Part shown: piece after piece, positions 1 to 11,093 of the stretch
Position numbering within the stretch: the stretch's first letter is position 1
How the letters are laid out: every line of letters begins with the position of its first letter
DNA from: Octopus bimaculoides
Taxonomy: Eukaryota
NCBI RefSeq assembly: GCF_001194135.2
Contig: NC_068984.1
Coordinates: forward strand, 146,833,513-146,872,513
Direction of reading: 5' to 3'
Length of the DNA: 39,001 nucleotides
Notes under the pieces: generated by a model
What the model was told of the DNA's origin: nothing
Database searches by the model: none
Seen by the model: the letters and a program-made list of their open reading frames with translations, nothing else
Program-made: the position numbers and the translations under genes

Positions 1-40
<40 letters not shown>

Positions 41-57
41 ACGCGCACACACACACA
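1..57. repeat. (AC)n microsatellite, probably the internal repeat tract of a SINE-A copy
   Basis: Imperfect AC dinucleotide run directly abutting the left TIR of the element at 58. Confidence 0.9.
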
Positions 58-954
58 CAGAGTCCCTCGGGCTAAATTTGACAACATATCTTGTCTAATT
101 TTTCCTGGAACAGTTTCATGTATTGGTGAACGGTCAACAAGCGTTGAAGAGCCTAAAAATTAAAATTATAGTTGGAAAAAAGTTAGCTGACATGGAAGAC
201 TGGAAGCCATCTGAGTATTGGAAAAGAGTTGCCTGTGTCATGATGATTCGCGCCGGGTATCAAAATGCCAACATCATGACTGCTGCTCGATGCTCTATGA
301 ACACTGTAAAGGCTATAAAACATGACATGGTCAGCCGAAACGGAGATTACGAAGCTGTGGTCAGTAGGAGGGGACACAGCAGTCGTTCTGAATGAGCCTG
401 CTGGCTAGAATTCATTTCCACATCTTTGAACAGAGCCTTAGACTCAGTTCCCACGTCTGTGTGAAGCTGCTGGAGCCCATAGGCAAACCCTGGCGAGGGA
501 GATTAAATGCTGGAATGCAACATGTGTGGAAGCAGGATTCTGATCCCTACCATATCTCCGTAAAGTTTCGGATGTGTTTGTCGCAGTACAACTTCACCAG
601 CCTCGATTTCTGGCCTCCTAATCCCCCTTTATTGTAATCCCATCGATTATGGGGCACGGTTCAGAAAGACACCAATTGCTCTGCCTGCAACACCAAAGCC
701 GAGCTGATGGTCAAGAACAAAATGTTCGAAGATCTTCCCAAAGACACAATGAGCAATGCATACTCCAGGTTGCGGGGGCCATCGTGGGGCCGTAGTGGAA
801 GCTGAGGCCAGTTACTTTGTGCAAACTGTTATCTCCCAGTCATAATCTAATTGATGGGTCTTAATTTTTTTATTTTCAAAATACTTTTATTTTTGTATGA
901 GATGTGTCTTCTTTTCCTTTTTTGCAAACTGTCAAATTTAGCCCGAACACCCCG
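58..954 (+). mobile_element. Internally deleted Tc1/mariner DNA transposon, maT (DD37D)-like
   Basis: Inverted repeat core TCGGGCTAAATTTGACA (67-83) matches TGTCAAATTTAGCCCGA (930-946); TA follows the right end (955-956). Transposase remnants: N-terminal HTH-like stretch (ORF 123-395), WKQDSDPYH (D codon 536-538), FWPPN (W at 611), CNPIDY (633-650), and a frameshifted C-terminus resembling KAELMVK..FEDLPKDT..AVVEAE. The first catalytic D region is missing. Family assignment is from remembered motifs. Confidence 0.85.
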
Positions 955-960
955 TACATA

Positions 961-1068
961 TACGATGGGCTTCTATCCAGTTTCCGTTAACTAAATCCAC
1001 TCTCAAGGCATTGGTTCTCCCAGGGCTATAGTGGAACCACGTGGTTTCTTAATCACACAACCATGCCT
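961..1068 (-). mobile_element. SINE-A (tRNA-derived), degraded 5' half
   Basis: ACGATGGGCTTC..CAGTTTCCG..AAATCCACT..CAAGGC matches the copies at 15845-15993 and 35000-35155. Confidence 0.7.
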
Positions 1069-2346
1069 TCGCCAAGCCATGCTTATAACTTTCTTGAATA
1101 TCCCACATTATTGACTGACTAAACGTGTTTCATGTGTGTTTTATATCGCTGTCTTCCTAATGAGGACCTCTTCTGACAAAACCGATCGCGTGTCTTCCTA
1201 TCAGTCGTGCGATCGGTGGCACTGCGATGATTTTATGACTGATCCATTTGAAATCTCGTTGGCTCATCTTACATAAGGTTTAAGGTGATTAGTTAGCATA
1301 ACAAGATTACCACTGACACCCAGTGCTGAGTTCAAATCCATCAACACCTATAACATGACGAGGTTCGCTTTTTCTTCTTCTTCTTCTTCTTCTTGTGCCA
1401 GTAAGATGAATAAACCGCTGATTAAGATATCTGATTAGATAATATCAGTTGTTTATCTCTCTCTAAGCACTCGGCTTTACGTTAACTCTACAAGATATTT
1501 AGCTCACATCAGTTGACAATAAAAAAAAAAACTACTTAGAGAGATGGAGTCTTTGCTAACCATATTGAGCAGTTACAAAGTCAGACACCAAGCAACATGC
1601 CAACACTCATCTTTCTGAATCTCCCTTCCGCTAAGATTCACATATCTCTCACTAGAATCTCTAACATTAATAAGCTATATTAGTTTTATCATAATTAACA
1701 CTATCTACATAAACATTAAACATGGCGGTCGCCTCCCTCTAATTCACATTCCTTGTAACAACATTATATCTTCTCATATTTTCTTCATCCTTTTAAACAT
1801 TTACGTTTATTATTTATTTTTACTTCTTCCGCTTTTAAAATTTTTTTAAAAAATACATTTTCGTTTCTTTTTTTTAATATTATATTCTTAAATATTATTT
1901 TGAGGTTCGTAATGACTGCTTATGAACAACAAGAAAATGTGAATATAATTGAAAAGAATAGCTAGCCATATTTTAATTATGCTAATTGCCATTATCTTGG
2001 CGGTATATCAGAATGGTCGCTTACAAAAAAAAACTCAGCAGAACATTTAAAGAAAGTGTCAGATAAATGCTGATACGGGGTGTGAGGTGAGTGGGGGTGG
2101 GGTGTGTGGATAAGGGTGGAATGAAAAAAAGAAAAGAATGAAGGAACATTGAAAGAACGAAACAAACAAAAGAGTCGGATTAAGCGAGAAAGCGTCTGTG
2201 AAACTTAAGAGATTAGAATTGAAGGAAAAGAAAAGAGGAACAAAAAGAGAAATACAACAAATGAACAGATAAGACAAACACTCTGTCTACCCATTAGACA
2301 GGGATAGGAGGCTATTTTTGTTGTTTATCATTGTTATTAACTGGGG

Positions 2347-2573
2347 GAAGAAGAAGAAGGAGGAGTTGGAGAAGAAGAAGAAGAAGAAGAAGAAGAAGAA
2401 GAAGAAGAAGAAGAAGAAGAAGAAGAAGGAGGAGGAGAAGTAGAAGAAGAAGAAGAAGAAGAAGGAGGAGGAGGAGGAGGAGGAGAAGAAGAAGAAGAAG
2501 AAGAAGAAGGAGGAGAAGAAGAAGAAGAAGAAGAAGAAGAAGAAGAAGAAGATGATTATGATGATGATGATGA
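2347..2573. repeat. (GAA)n/(GAG)n purine tract ending in (GAT)n
   Basis: Direct reading; it produces the poly-R and poly-F pseudo-ORFs. Confidence 0.97.
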
Positions 2574-2716
2574 AAGTAAAACCATTCAAATGGAGAAAGT
2601 GAAAAAAAAAGACTTTATCTGGCGATAAGACGTTGTATGTACGTAAGGAGAGGAGTTATGTTATATCACAGCAGATACAATAAGCATTAGTGATAGCATC
2701 CAAGGTATATGGGAAA

Positions 2717-2756
<40 letters not shown>

Positions 2757-3340
2757 GGGAGGGTGTTATTTCCATATAAGCATGCTTGTATGTGTAATTA
2801 TATGCAGACATAGAAATGCGTGCATATATGTATGAGTAGCTACGTAGATGCATCGATATGTATGCCTATATTTTATGGGCATGCGTGTATATATATACAT
2901 ATATATATATATATATAACAGTACTGAAAGTTGGGGATTATCAATCCGGGCAAAATACTCCGTAAGCTCCCTGTTGGCACACCAGACTAACAATATTGCT
3001 TGGATGAGTAATTACTAGGGTCCCAAGTTATGCTTCACCACAATTCTATATTGTAAATCCCTGGATGGGCTTCAGATAAATCGGTTTTTACATACACACA
3101 TATATATTAAGAAACAAGTCTATAGTAATGGTGATTATATATTATTCCTTTATTGGAGCAAATATGGCTTACAGCTGTTTCCAGTAGTCATTATAGGTTT
3201 ACTTAATTAGTCTATTGATCAACTGAGGCAAATTGAACGACCAAAGAAAATTAATACTACTTTCGGTCAGAGTCATTTCTGGATATAACAAGCAGAGCAC
3301 TTGAGGAATGGCTATTGTATATATATATACACACATATAC

Positions 3341-3375
<35 letters not shown>

Positions 3376-3966
3376 NNNNNNNNNNNNNNNNNNNNNNNNN
3401 NNNNNNNNNNNNNNNNNNNNNNNNNNNNNNNNNNNNNNNNNNNNNNNNNNNNNNNNNNNNNNNNNNNNNNNNNNNNNNNNNNNNNNNNNNNNNNNNNNNN
3501 NNNNNNNNNNNNNNNNNNNNNNNNNNNNNNNNNNNNNNNNNNNATACACATAAATATACATTAATCCAAACACACATACCTCGTAATGCATTCACTTATC
3601 CTTTTGCAACCCTTCCTTGTTCATTTTGCTGGTCGGAATTTTCCAATTTTCCCCAACTTTTTTCTTTTCACTCTGCAAGAAAACAGATCATGAATGGCCA
3701 ACGTTAGGCATAAATTTAGAATTGAAAGTAAAAATAAAATTCTGTTAAATTGAAGAATTGTAGACAATATATACACAAAAATCTCCTGCTATTATCTGCT
3801 GAGGCCTTTCAATATTTTTACAGCTATTAAGTCAAATTAACAATGTCTTCAAAGTTTTGTGGATTTGTCATGGAGTACAGTTACTGCCGAATAACTTAAA
3901 ATGAACCAAATGACTGATAATATATTTAAGCTTTCTTCAAATGGCGGCCGTTTAGTTTGGTATATT

Positions 3967-4173
3967 TTAGTTGGGAAGAATATCAGCTGCATCAAAATAT
4001 TTGAAGTACTCATTAAGTTTAACCATAGCAGCATTTACATCACATGATCTCACGTCTGTTTCAATGATTCTTGTCACCTTTCCAATGAAAGACCGCTCTT
4101 TTAGTTGAGGTTTTCCGTAAGTCGCTCCACGTTTCTGGAATTGGTTGTCAGCCAATGTAAGTTTGTTCTGTGA
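3967..4173 (-). CDS. Candidate terminal coding exon, unknown protein (SQNKLTLADNQFQKRG...YFDAADILPN*)
   Basis: 68 open non-repetitive codons after a TAG acceptor at 4174-4175 (alternative AGs at 4168-4169 and 4196-4197). Unique AT-rich sequence and an AATAAA (3149-3154, minus) lie downstream. The polypyrimidine tract is weak and no homology was recognised. Confidence 0.25.
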   Translation of the reverse strand, partial: SQNKLTLADNQFQKRGATYGKPQLKERSFIGKVTRIIETDVRSCDVNAAMVKLNEYFKYFDAADILPN

Positions 4174-4266
4174 CTACATAATGTTTTGTTAAAAACTAAA
4201 AACGCACGAATATATTTATGAAATTTATACATTAAATTTTCTTTCATAATTTGTATCCCTGCATTT

Positions 4267-4267
<1 letters not shown>

Positions 4268-4345
<78 letters not shown>
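4268..4345. repeat. (TAA)n microsatellite
   Basis: Direct reading. Confidence 0.97.
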
Positions 4346-4347
<2 letters not shown>

Positions 4348-4484
4348 TATATATATATAGTAGTCTCTCATCGCGCACGAAAGGCGGTTCTACAATTTCT
4401 TCTCGCAAAGACGTCCACAAAATGATTTGTTGCTTGAACAAGCGTTCGGCGTGTCATACACGTAAGGAGTCGAAGTGATCGCCG

Positions 4485-4672
4485 AGCAACATGAGTTGAA
4501 GTGTTCTGCTCATGAACATAATACACCACCCGTTCAAAGTATTGAAATCACGATCTCGTGATTGTGAGNNNNNNNNNNTTCTGCTCATGAACATAATACA
4601 CCACCCGTTCAAAGTATTGAAATCACGATCTCGTGATTGTGAGTGAAACGTCCTGACCACCAGGCCATATGC
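4485..4672 (-). mobile_element. SINE-D (tRNA-headed, CORE-like body), partial, with a 65-bp duplication across a gap
   Basis: Minus strand reads TGGCCTGGTGGTCAG (A-box-like), a degenerate B-box, then TGTTCATGAGCAGAACACTT resembling CORE-SINE central sequence. 4504-4568 is repeated exactly at 4579-4643. Confidence 0.55.
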
Positions 4673-4678
4673 CCTTAC

Positions 4679-4715
<37 letters not shown>

Positions 4716-4765
4716 AATATATCATGTATTACATAATATATGTGTGCGTGTGTGAATGTGTTTGT

Positions 4766-4958
4766 CTTCGCTTTCCCCACGACCCAACAGCCGTGTGTTG
4801 GTTTGTTTACGTATGCCTTAGCGGTTCAACCAACGGGACCAATAGAATAAGTACAGGTCTTTAAAATATCATAAGTATTAGGGTCAATTTATTTCTGCAA
4901 AAACCTCTCCAGATGGTGCTCTAGCATGGCCGCACTCCAATCATTGAAACAAGTAAAA
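4766..4958 (+). mobile_element. SINE-A, 3' half
   Basis: TTAGCGGTTC..ATAGAATAAGTAC..GGTGCTCTAGCATGGCCGCA..TGAAACAAGTAAAAG, homologous to 35545-35752 and to the reverse complement of 25751-25950. Confidence 0.75.
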
Positions 4959-5069
4959 GGCAGAAGATGACTAGACTGCCGTGTACCTGAATGCTTTTTT
5001 CTTTCTTTTTGTAAACAATTGCGCGAATAACGAGAGAGAGCGGTAGAGACCAAGAATTAATTATTTCAG

Positions 5070-5098
5070 GGGGTCTTCTATCATCATCTGCGACGTAG
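5070..5098 (+). CDS. Candidate 29-nt internal exon (GSSIIICDV or GVFYHHLRR frame)
   Basis: ttatttcAG / GGGGTCTTCTATCATCATCTGCGACGTAG / GTGAGT: canonical acceptor and strong donor in unique sequence. Confidence 0.3.
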
Positions 5099-5486
5099 GT
5101 GAGTAAAGTGTCTTTTTCCTAAATGCTTAAATAGATTTGTGTAAATAATGAGACGAGTAATAAGAGTAATGCAAAAGAAAACAATAAACAAAACAAAGTA
5201 TGCAAAGCTATACAAACTTCGCCACCAAAAACAAGAAGAAAGAAACGGGAAATTTCGATGGTAAATACATTACAGAATTAGAGAAAGAGTTTCGTGCACG
5301 AATTATTAAACTTGATAGCTGTAAATATTTTCTTTCGCTGTTAAAAGAAACCGAAACCAAATGAGAGGAGAGAATATTTGTCTTCTATTGAAAGGTCGCA
5401 TTTCATAAAATCGGGTCTTTCTCCTATGCTGACGATTGAAACGTTTTGACATACAGAAACAAAACAAACAGACACACAGAGACTAT

Positions 5487-5537
<51 letters not shown>

Positions 5538-5721
5538 NNNNNNNNNNNNNNNNNNNNNNNNNNNNNNNNNNNNNNNNNNNNNNNNNNNNNNNNNNNNNNN
5601 NNNNNNNNNNNNNNNNNNNNNNNNNNNNNNNNNNNNNNNNNNNNNNNNNNNNNNNNNNNNNNNNNNNNNNNNNNNNNNNNNNNNNNNNNNNNNNNNNNNN
5701 NNNNNNNNNNNNNNNNNTTAA

Positions 5722-5839
5722 TCTATTTATTTAAAAGCCTGGTATTTAATCTGTCGGTCACTTTTGCCGAAGTGCTAAGTTATGGGACACAAAGAAACCA
5801 ACACCAGTTCTCAAACAGTGGTAGAGGACAAACACAATG

Positions 5840-5840
<1 letters not shown>
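5722..5840 (-). mobile_element. SINE-A, 3' part, followed by its (CA)n tract
   Basis: GGTCACTTTTGCCGAAGTGCTAAGTTATGGGAC..CCAACACCAGTT matches 25845-25940. Confidence 0.65.
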
Positions 5841-5907
<67 letters not shown>

Positions 5908-7004
5908 GTATGCACACACACACACACGCACACTCAAGCAAGCATCACAACCACACAGCTATGCTTGCTCCTGTTATATACCAAAACATACGCACAATCA
6001 AGATAAAATAAGATAAACCCGGTATAAATGAAACGGAGAAGAACCAATAAAAATTAAGTCAGTAACAGGTAATTAAGCAGCAAAAGATGAATATCGTTTT
6101 GTTGCATAATTAAGAAAAATAAATTCCTTCATGGAATTATCTCCGATTCCAGAGAGAGTGGACAAATCTCTTAAAATGGAAAGGAGAGATAATACATAGC
6201 AAGAATCAAGCATTTCTTCACGACTGACCGGTCGTTAAAGAAATAGCAAGCTGAGAGTCCGAGGACAAGAGGACAGCTGTAACAAGTGTTTCTGCCTCAA
6301 TAAGTATCGTCAACACAGCGGAAAAGGACATATCGAATTTAGAGGATCCTTTATTCTTGATATGAACCCTCTCTCCTTAGATTTGGTACTGAATGCTACA
6401 AATAACTTGTCTACCCGCTCTGAAGCGCAGATAATTTCAATAAATTATGAAATTATTTTCTATGTTAATTTAAATATCGTTATTCATTTTTGTTGCTCAA
6501 ACTCATGCTACTGGCCTTTTTGAGTTATATCCCTTGGCTCTTTTACGATATATTTGTTTTTAACTATATATTTCTATACAAGCACACATACACACGAACA
6601 CGTACATACATACATACACACACTCACGCACGTGCAATCACACACAAACACACACACACATGTACGTATACACATGCAGATGTGGGCGAGTTTATGTGAG
6701 TTAGAGGGGAATAAAGAATGAGGGAGAGTGCAACGAAGGAGTCTAGTTATCAGTATAATAAACATATGTGATGTTGGTGTGTAATGAAAGCCGACGAATC
6801 CTGGGTAGCATAGCGAGCGGCGGAATGAAAATGCCTACAGTCAGCCATTAATTGTCGTCACAGTTCGTTTAACTTCATTGCAACTGATGCCGAGGGAGAA
6901 GACCCACATACACACATTCGAACAAGACATAAGTTACATACACCCAGTTACATACATACATACATACACACTTACACTCGCAAACATACACATATGCAAA
7001 TATA

Positions 7005-7042
<38 letters not shown>

Positions 7043-7314
7043 NNNNNNNNNNNNNNNNNNNNNNNNNNNNNNNNAAACAAGAACTCCCATATAATCCTAT
7101 AAACTCAACTACACGCAACTAAGCATATATACACACCTATACACATACACATTATCTTCCTCTCACACATTCTTTCTTTCTTTCTCTCTATCTCTGTGTA
7201 TCTGCGTTTATGTGAGTCGCAGTCAGATGACTGAAACAAGCAAAATAATAAAAGAATATATACATAGCATAAGTGCTGATTAAATATACACACATACATG
7301 CATATATACATATA

Positions 7315-7348
<34 letters not shown>

Positions 7349-7560
7349 CATACACACACAAAGACTAATATCAATCACAGATTTTCTCCGCACCCCGTTA
7401 ATCCCGTGGCATCCTTTTCACCATGGTCGGTCACTTCATCTCTTGCTACCACATATTAATATCAAACTGCAACTATTTAAAACTGAATCTAACTCCATGC
7501 GTTGGCCTCCTGAGGACCCTGGCTTGAAGCCGCTGTCAAGATTCTGAACTGATTACATAC

Positions 7561-7575
7561 CTGTAGGGGATTCAG
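7561..7575 (-). CDS. Candidate 15-nt microexon (LNPLQ or xESPTx)
   Basis: Minus strand: ctttttttcccctcaTGCtgaaaAG / CTGAATCCCCTACAG / GTATGT. Length divisible by 3, strong donor, TGC just upstream of the AG, and a displaced pyrimidine tract. Confidence 0.4.
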
Positions 7576-7764
7576 CTTTTCAGCATGAGGGGAAAAAAAG
7601 GTAAACGTGGATGCTTGACGCTTTCGTTTCGTGAGATGGTCCTAGGGAGGCGTCCATGAATTAGAAATTAGCGCGTGTCGTTCGATTCAGTTGTATGTCA
7701 TATAATAGTTGTTGAGTCGGCTGAGTGTTTCCGCCATTACAATATCTTTCTCATGTTAGACAAC

Positions 7765-7945
7765 GTGCTGAGGGGATCGTTAGAGCGCTGAACAAAATAT
7801 TTAGCAACATTTTTTCTGGCTCTTTATATCCTGAGCCCAAATCTCGCCGAAGTCAACGTTACCTTTTATCTTTTCGCGGTCGATAAAGAAAGTACCAGTA
7901 AAGTACTGGGATCGATGTCATCGACTTGACGTCATCCCTTTAAGA
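7765..7945 (+). mobile_element. SINE-B (tRNA-headed, Deu/Nin-like central domain), degraded
   Basis: ATCGTTAG head, GCCGAAGTCAAC..GGTCGATAAA..AGTACCAGT..GTACTGGGATCGAT, homologous to the reverse complement of 13436-13636. Confidence 0.7.
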
Positions 7946-9177
7946 TTGCCTCTCCATTTCAGTGATGGGCTATTCGCAATATCTATAAATGGTTTATTTA
8001 CTTCTTCCTATATCAGAAATAACTAATTATCGTCCGAAGAGAATGTCGCTGGCTGCGAATAAGTGCCATCGAAAAGGCCCACAAGGGCCGTGATGCAACT
8101 GGCATTCTCGCTGACGCTGCTGGATGAGATTTTCGTCTCCCTCTGATATTTATTGTTTTTGGCACAGCANNNNNNNNNNTGTGTGTGTGTGTGTGTGTGT
8201 GTATATGTATGTGTGTGTGTGTGTGTTTCTGTGAGTGTGTATATGTATGTATGTAATTTAATGAAGGCGGCTATGCGCAATATAAAACCAAACAGGAAAA
8301 ATTCTACCGTCACTAGTTGTGACTGAGGGTGCAAGTCAGCACCTACGTTGCTAGAAATAAGAGTCAAAAGCACTTATAGCCACAGGAAGCCTTTCAGCTA
8401 TGTTGTACTTGTATAATTCGAGCTTTCTCATTTTTATTAACGTTCTTGTTTTCCTTCTTGTATATATTCGTTTGCTTTTCCCAGACGCTTAATATTTTTA
8501 GCTTAAGTTCCTGGCGCTCGCCAGATTCGAGTCGTCTCGGAGGTAAAAGAGCGCGAAACTACAAGGACTTTCCGGACCCCGACTGAGGAGGAAATCAGCT
8601 GTGAATGATCCGTGTATGTTGTTTTCTGTTCTGCTATCGTCTATTCTTCCACATGTTGATTTATCCATGCGGCACTCTGTACAACCTGTTGTNNNNNNNN
8701 NNNNNNNNNNNNNNNNNNNNNNNNNNNNNNNNNNNNNNNNNNNNNNNNNNNNNNNNNNNNNNNNNNNNNNNNNNNNNNNNNNNNNNNNNNNNNNNNNNNN
8801 NNNNNNNNNNNNNNNNNNNNNNNNNNNNNNNNNNNNNNNNNNNNNNNNNNNNNNNNNNNNNNNNNNNNNNNNNNNNNNNNNNNNNNNNNNNNNNNNNNNN
8901 NNNNNNNNNNNNNNNNNNNNNNNNNNNNNNNNNNNNNNNNNNNNNNNNNNNNNNNNNNNNNNNNNNNNNNNNNNNNNNNNNNNNNNNNNNNNNNNNNNNN
9001 NNNNNNNNNNNNNNNNNNNNNNNNNNNNNNNNNNNNNNNNNNNNNNNNNNNNNNNNNNNNNNNNNNNNNNNNNNNNNNNNNNNNNNNNNNNNNNNNNNNN
9101 NNNNNNNNNNNNNNNNNNNNNNNNNNNNNNNNNNNNNNNNNNNNNNNNNNNNNNNNNNNNNNNNNNNNNNNNNNNNN

Positions 9178-10350
9178 TTTTCGACCTTTAAATTCAAATG
9201 CACATATCTCGGTTCAAACAAAACTTTATTAATCGAAATAAACTCCATCAGAATCAACACATTTTGTCAACTCGAAACAAGTTTATTTATGCTAGTAGCG
9301 TAAAAAATATCCTGTGTTCTGGTGGCGATGAAGTCGTTGAAGGCGTGTTTGGCATCGTCTTGGTTTTTGAAGCATTTCTCACGCAGGAAGTTGTCGAAAT
9401 GCTTGAAAAGGTGGTAGTCGGTAGGTGAGAGGTATGGGTGAGTATGGTGGATGAGGCAGAGTTTCGTAGCCCAATTCGTTCAACTTCTGCAGGGTCAGTT
9501 GTCCAACGTGTGACCGAGCGTTTCGTGGAGAAGAATTGGTCCTTTTCTATTGACCAATGCTGGCTTTTGTTGTCGGAGTTTCTTATGCATTTCATCCATT
9601 TGCTGACAGTACTTCGCCGCCGCAATGATTTCGCCTTGATCCTAAAAATTGTGATGGATGAGACCGGCCGCAGACCACCAAACAGTCACCATGGCCTTCT
9701 TTTGGTGCAACTTTGACTTCGGTAAGTGCTGTGGAGCTTCGTCGGCGTTCAACCACTGAGCTGAGCGTCGCCGGTTGTCGTAAAGAATCCACTTTTCATC
9801 GCAAATCACAATCCGGTCGAGACACGGGTCGTTCTTGTTGCGTAAAAGAAGGGAAGACGACACTTCAAAACGGCGTTTTTTTTTTGGTTGTCGTTCAGTT
9901 CGTGCGGCACCCATTTCTCAGGTATTTTTGTTTTTCCATTGTCTTTCAAGTGGTTGGAAACTGTCGTATGCATTACGTCTAATTCAGAAGCAAGCTCTCG
10001 AACAGTTGTGCGTGGATTGGCTTCCACTAAGGCTCTTAGTTCATCGTGGTCAACGTCCGATGGCCGACCACTACGCCTATCATCTTCAAGACTCTCGTCA
10101 CCGCTACGAAATTTCTTGAGCCACCATTGTGCTGTACGTTCATTAGTGGTTCCTGGGCCAAACGCATCGTTGATATCGCGAGCTGTTTCAGCAGCTTTTC
10201 CGCCTAGCTTGAACTGGAATAAGAAAATTGTGCGAATTTGCTTTTTGTCCATGTTGTATTCAACGTTCCGGAAAAAAATGGCCTAATTATTCAAAAAGAA
10301 AAAGTGTAATACGATTAGATAGAGCGAAAAACGGGCTTTAAAATAATAAA
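9178..10350 (-). mobile_element. mariner DNA transposon, cecropia subfamily (Hsmar1-like), non-functional
   Basis: Contains the disrupted transposase below. The 3' terminus runs into the gap at 8693-9177 and no clear 5' TIR was found, so the ends are approximate. Confidence 0.92.
9229..10252 (-). pseudogene. Disrupted mariner DD34D transposase
   Basis: MDKKQIR..FGPG..SGRP, WVPHEL, CDEKW, VWWSAAG, RKGPILLH, HPPYS and PTDYHLF, ending GVYFD*. Lesions: frameshift in an A10 run (9876-9885), in-frame TAG (9642-9644), 1-nt loss at the HDNA motif, 1-nt gain near YSPDL, and a further stop near the C-terminus. Confidence 0.95.
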
Positions 10351-10915
10351 AGTTCCGCAAAAAGTTCTAACAAAAAAGAAAAAAAGAAAAAAGGAAAATA
10401 AAGAAAAGAGAGAAAGAAAGAAAAACGAGAAATAGTTAAATAACCTATTTCTGAAAGTAAACTTATATACATAAAAGAAGTCTGATGTTTGTTTTGCATA
10501 ACTATGCACATGTTTCGGTCTATTTAGTTTTCGTCAGTATAGTGGTCTAACTAAGCTTCTGTGTCAATGATTCATATTATTTTTATATATAGGAAAAAAA
10601 TAAAAGCCCACGAATATATATATATATATATATATAAATGTATATACACATATATATATATATACATGTGTGTATATAGATATATATGTTATTGAATATA
10701 CCCATACTTTTGCGTATAAGTGGGTGTTTATATGTATATACTTGTCCTCGAATGTCTTGCTCTTGTGTTTCTGTTCTTTCTTCCTCTCTTTTCTCGATTG
10801 TTTACCATTCTCGCCCATCATTCATCTCCTCCCGATGGTTGTGTCAACCTAATAATTATGAATTTATTTTACTACCTACTTTGGACACTTTTATGTAAAC
10901 AGTTTAAACATAAGG

Positions 10916-10957
<42 letters not shown>

Positions 10958-11057
10958 CGGTATGAACCAAACAACCGGAGATGATATACACCACTAGTCA
11001 CAATGCACTTCGCTTTATTTTAGCCTTCGAGTGATGCTATCCCGCTGGCATCACGCA

Positions 11058-11093
<36 letters not shown>

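Noticed and set aside
2077-2116. Four G-runs that could form a G-quadruplex
   Set aside because: Two loops are 11-12 nt, and there is no context suggesting function.
2287-2589. Poly-Arg and poly-Phe ORFs
   Set aside because: They are translations of the (GAA)n tract. The same applies to the YI-, HT-, CV-, LS- and poly-N ORFs across the window, which are microsatellites.
4105-4156. Plus-strand exon candidates ending at GTAAGT donors (4117, 4157)
   Set aside because: The acceptor is modest and the region overlaps the longer minus-strand open frame. Sequence alone cannot distinguish them.
8485-8586. GC-rich 33-codon frame after a good acceptor (TLNIFSLSSWRSPDSSRLGG...)
   Set aside because: Several frames on both strands are open because of GC content, there is no homology, and it is not phase-compatible with the 5070 exon. 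Left unresolved.
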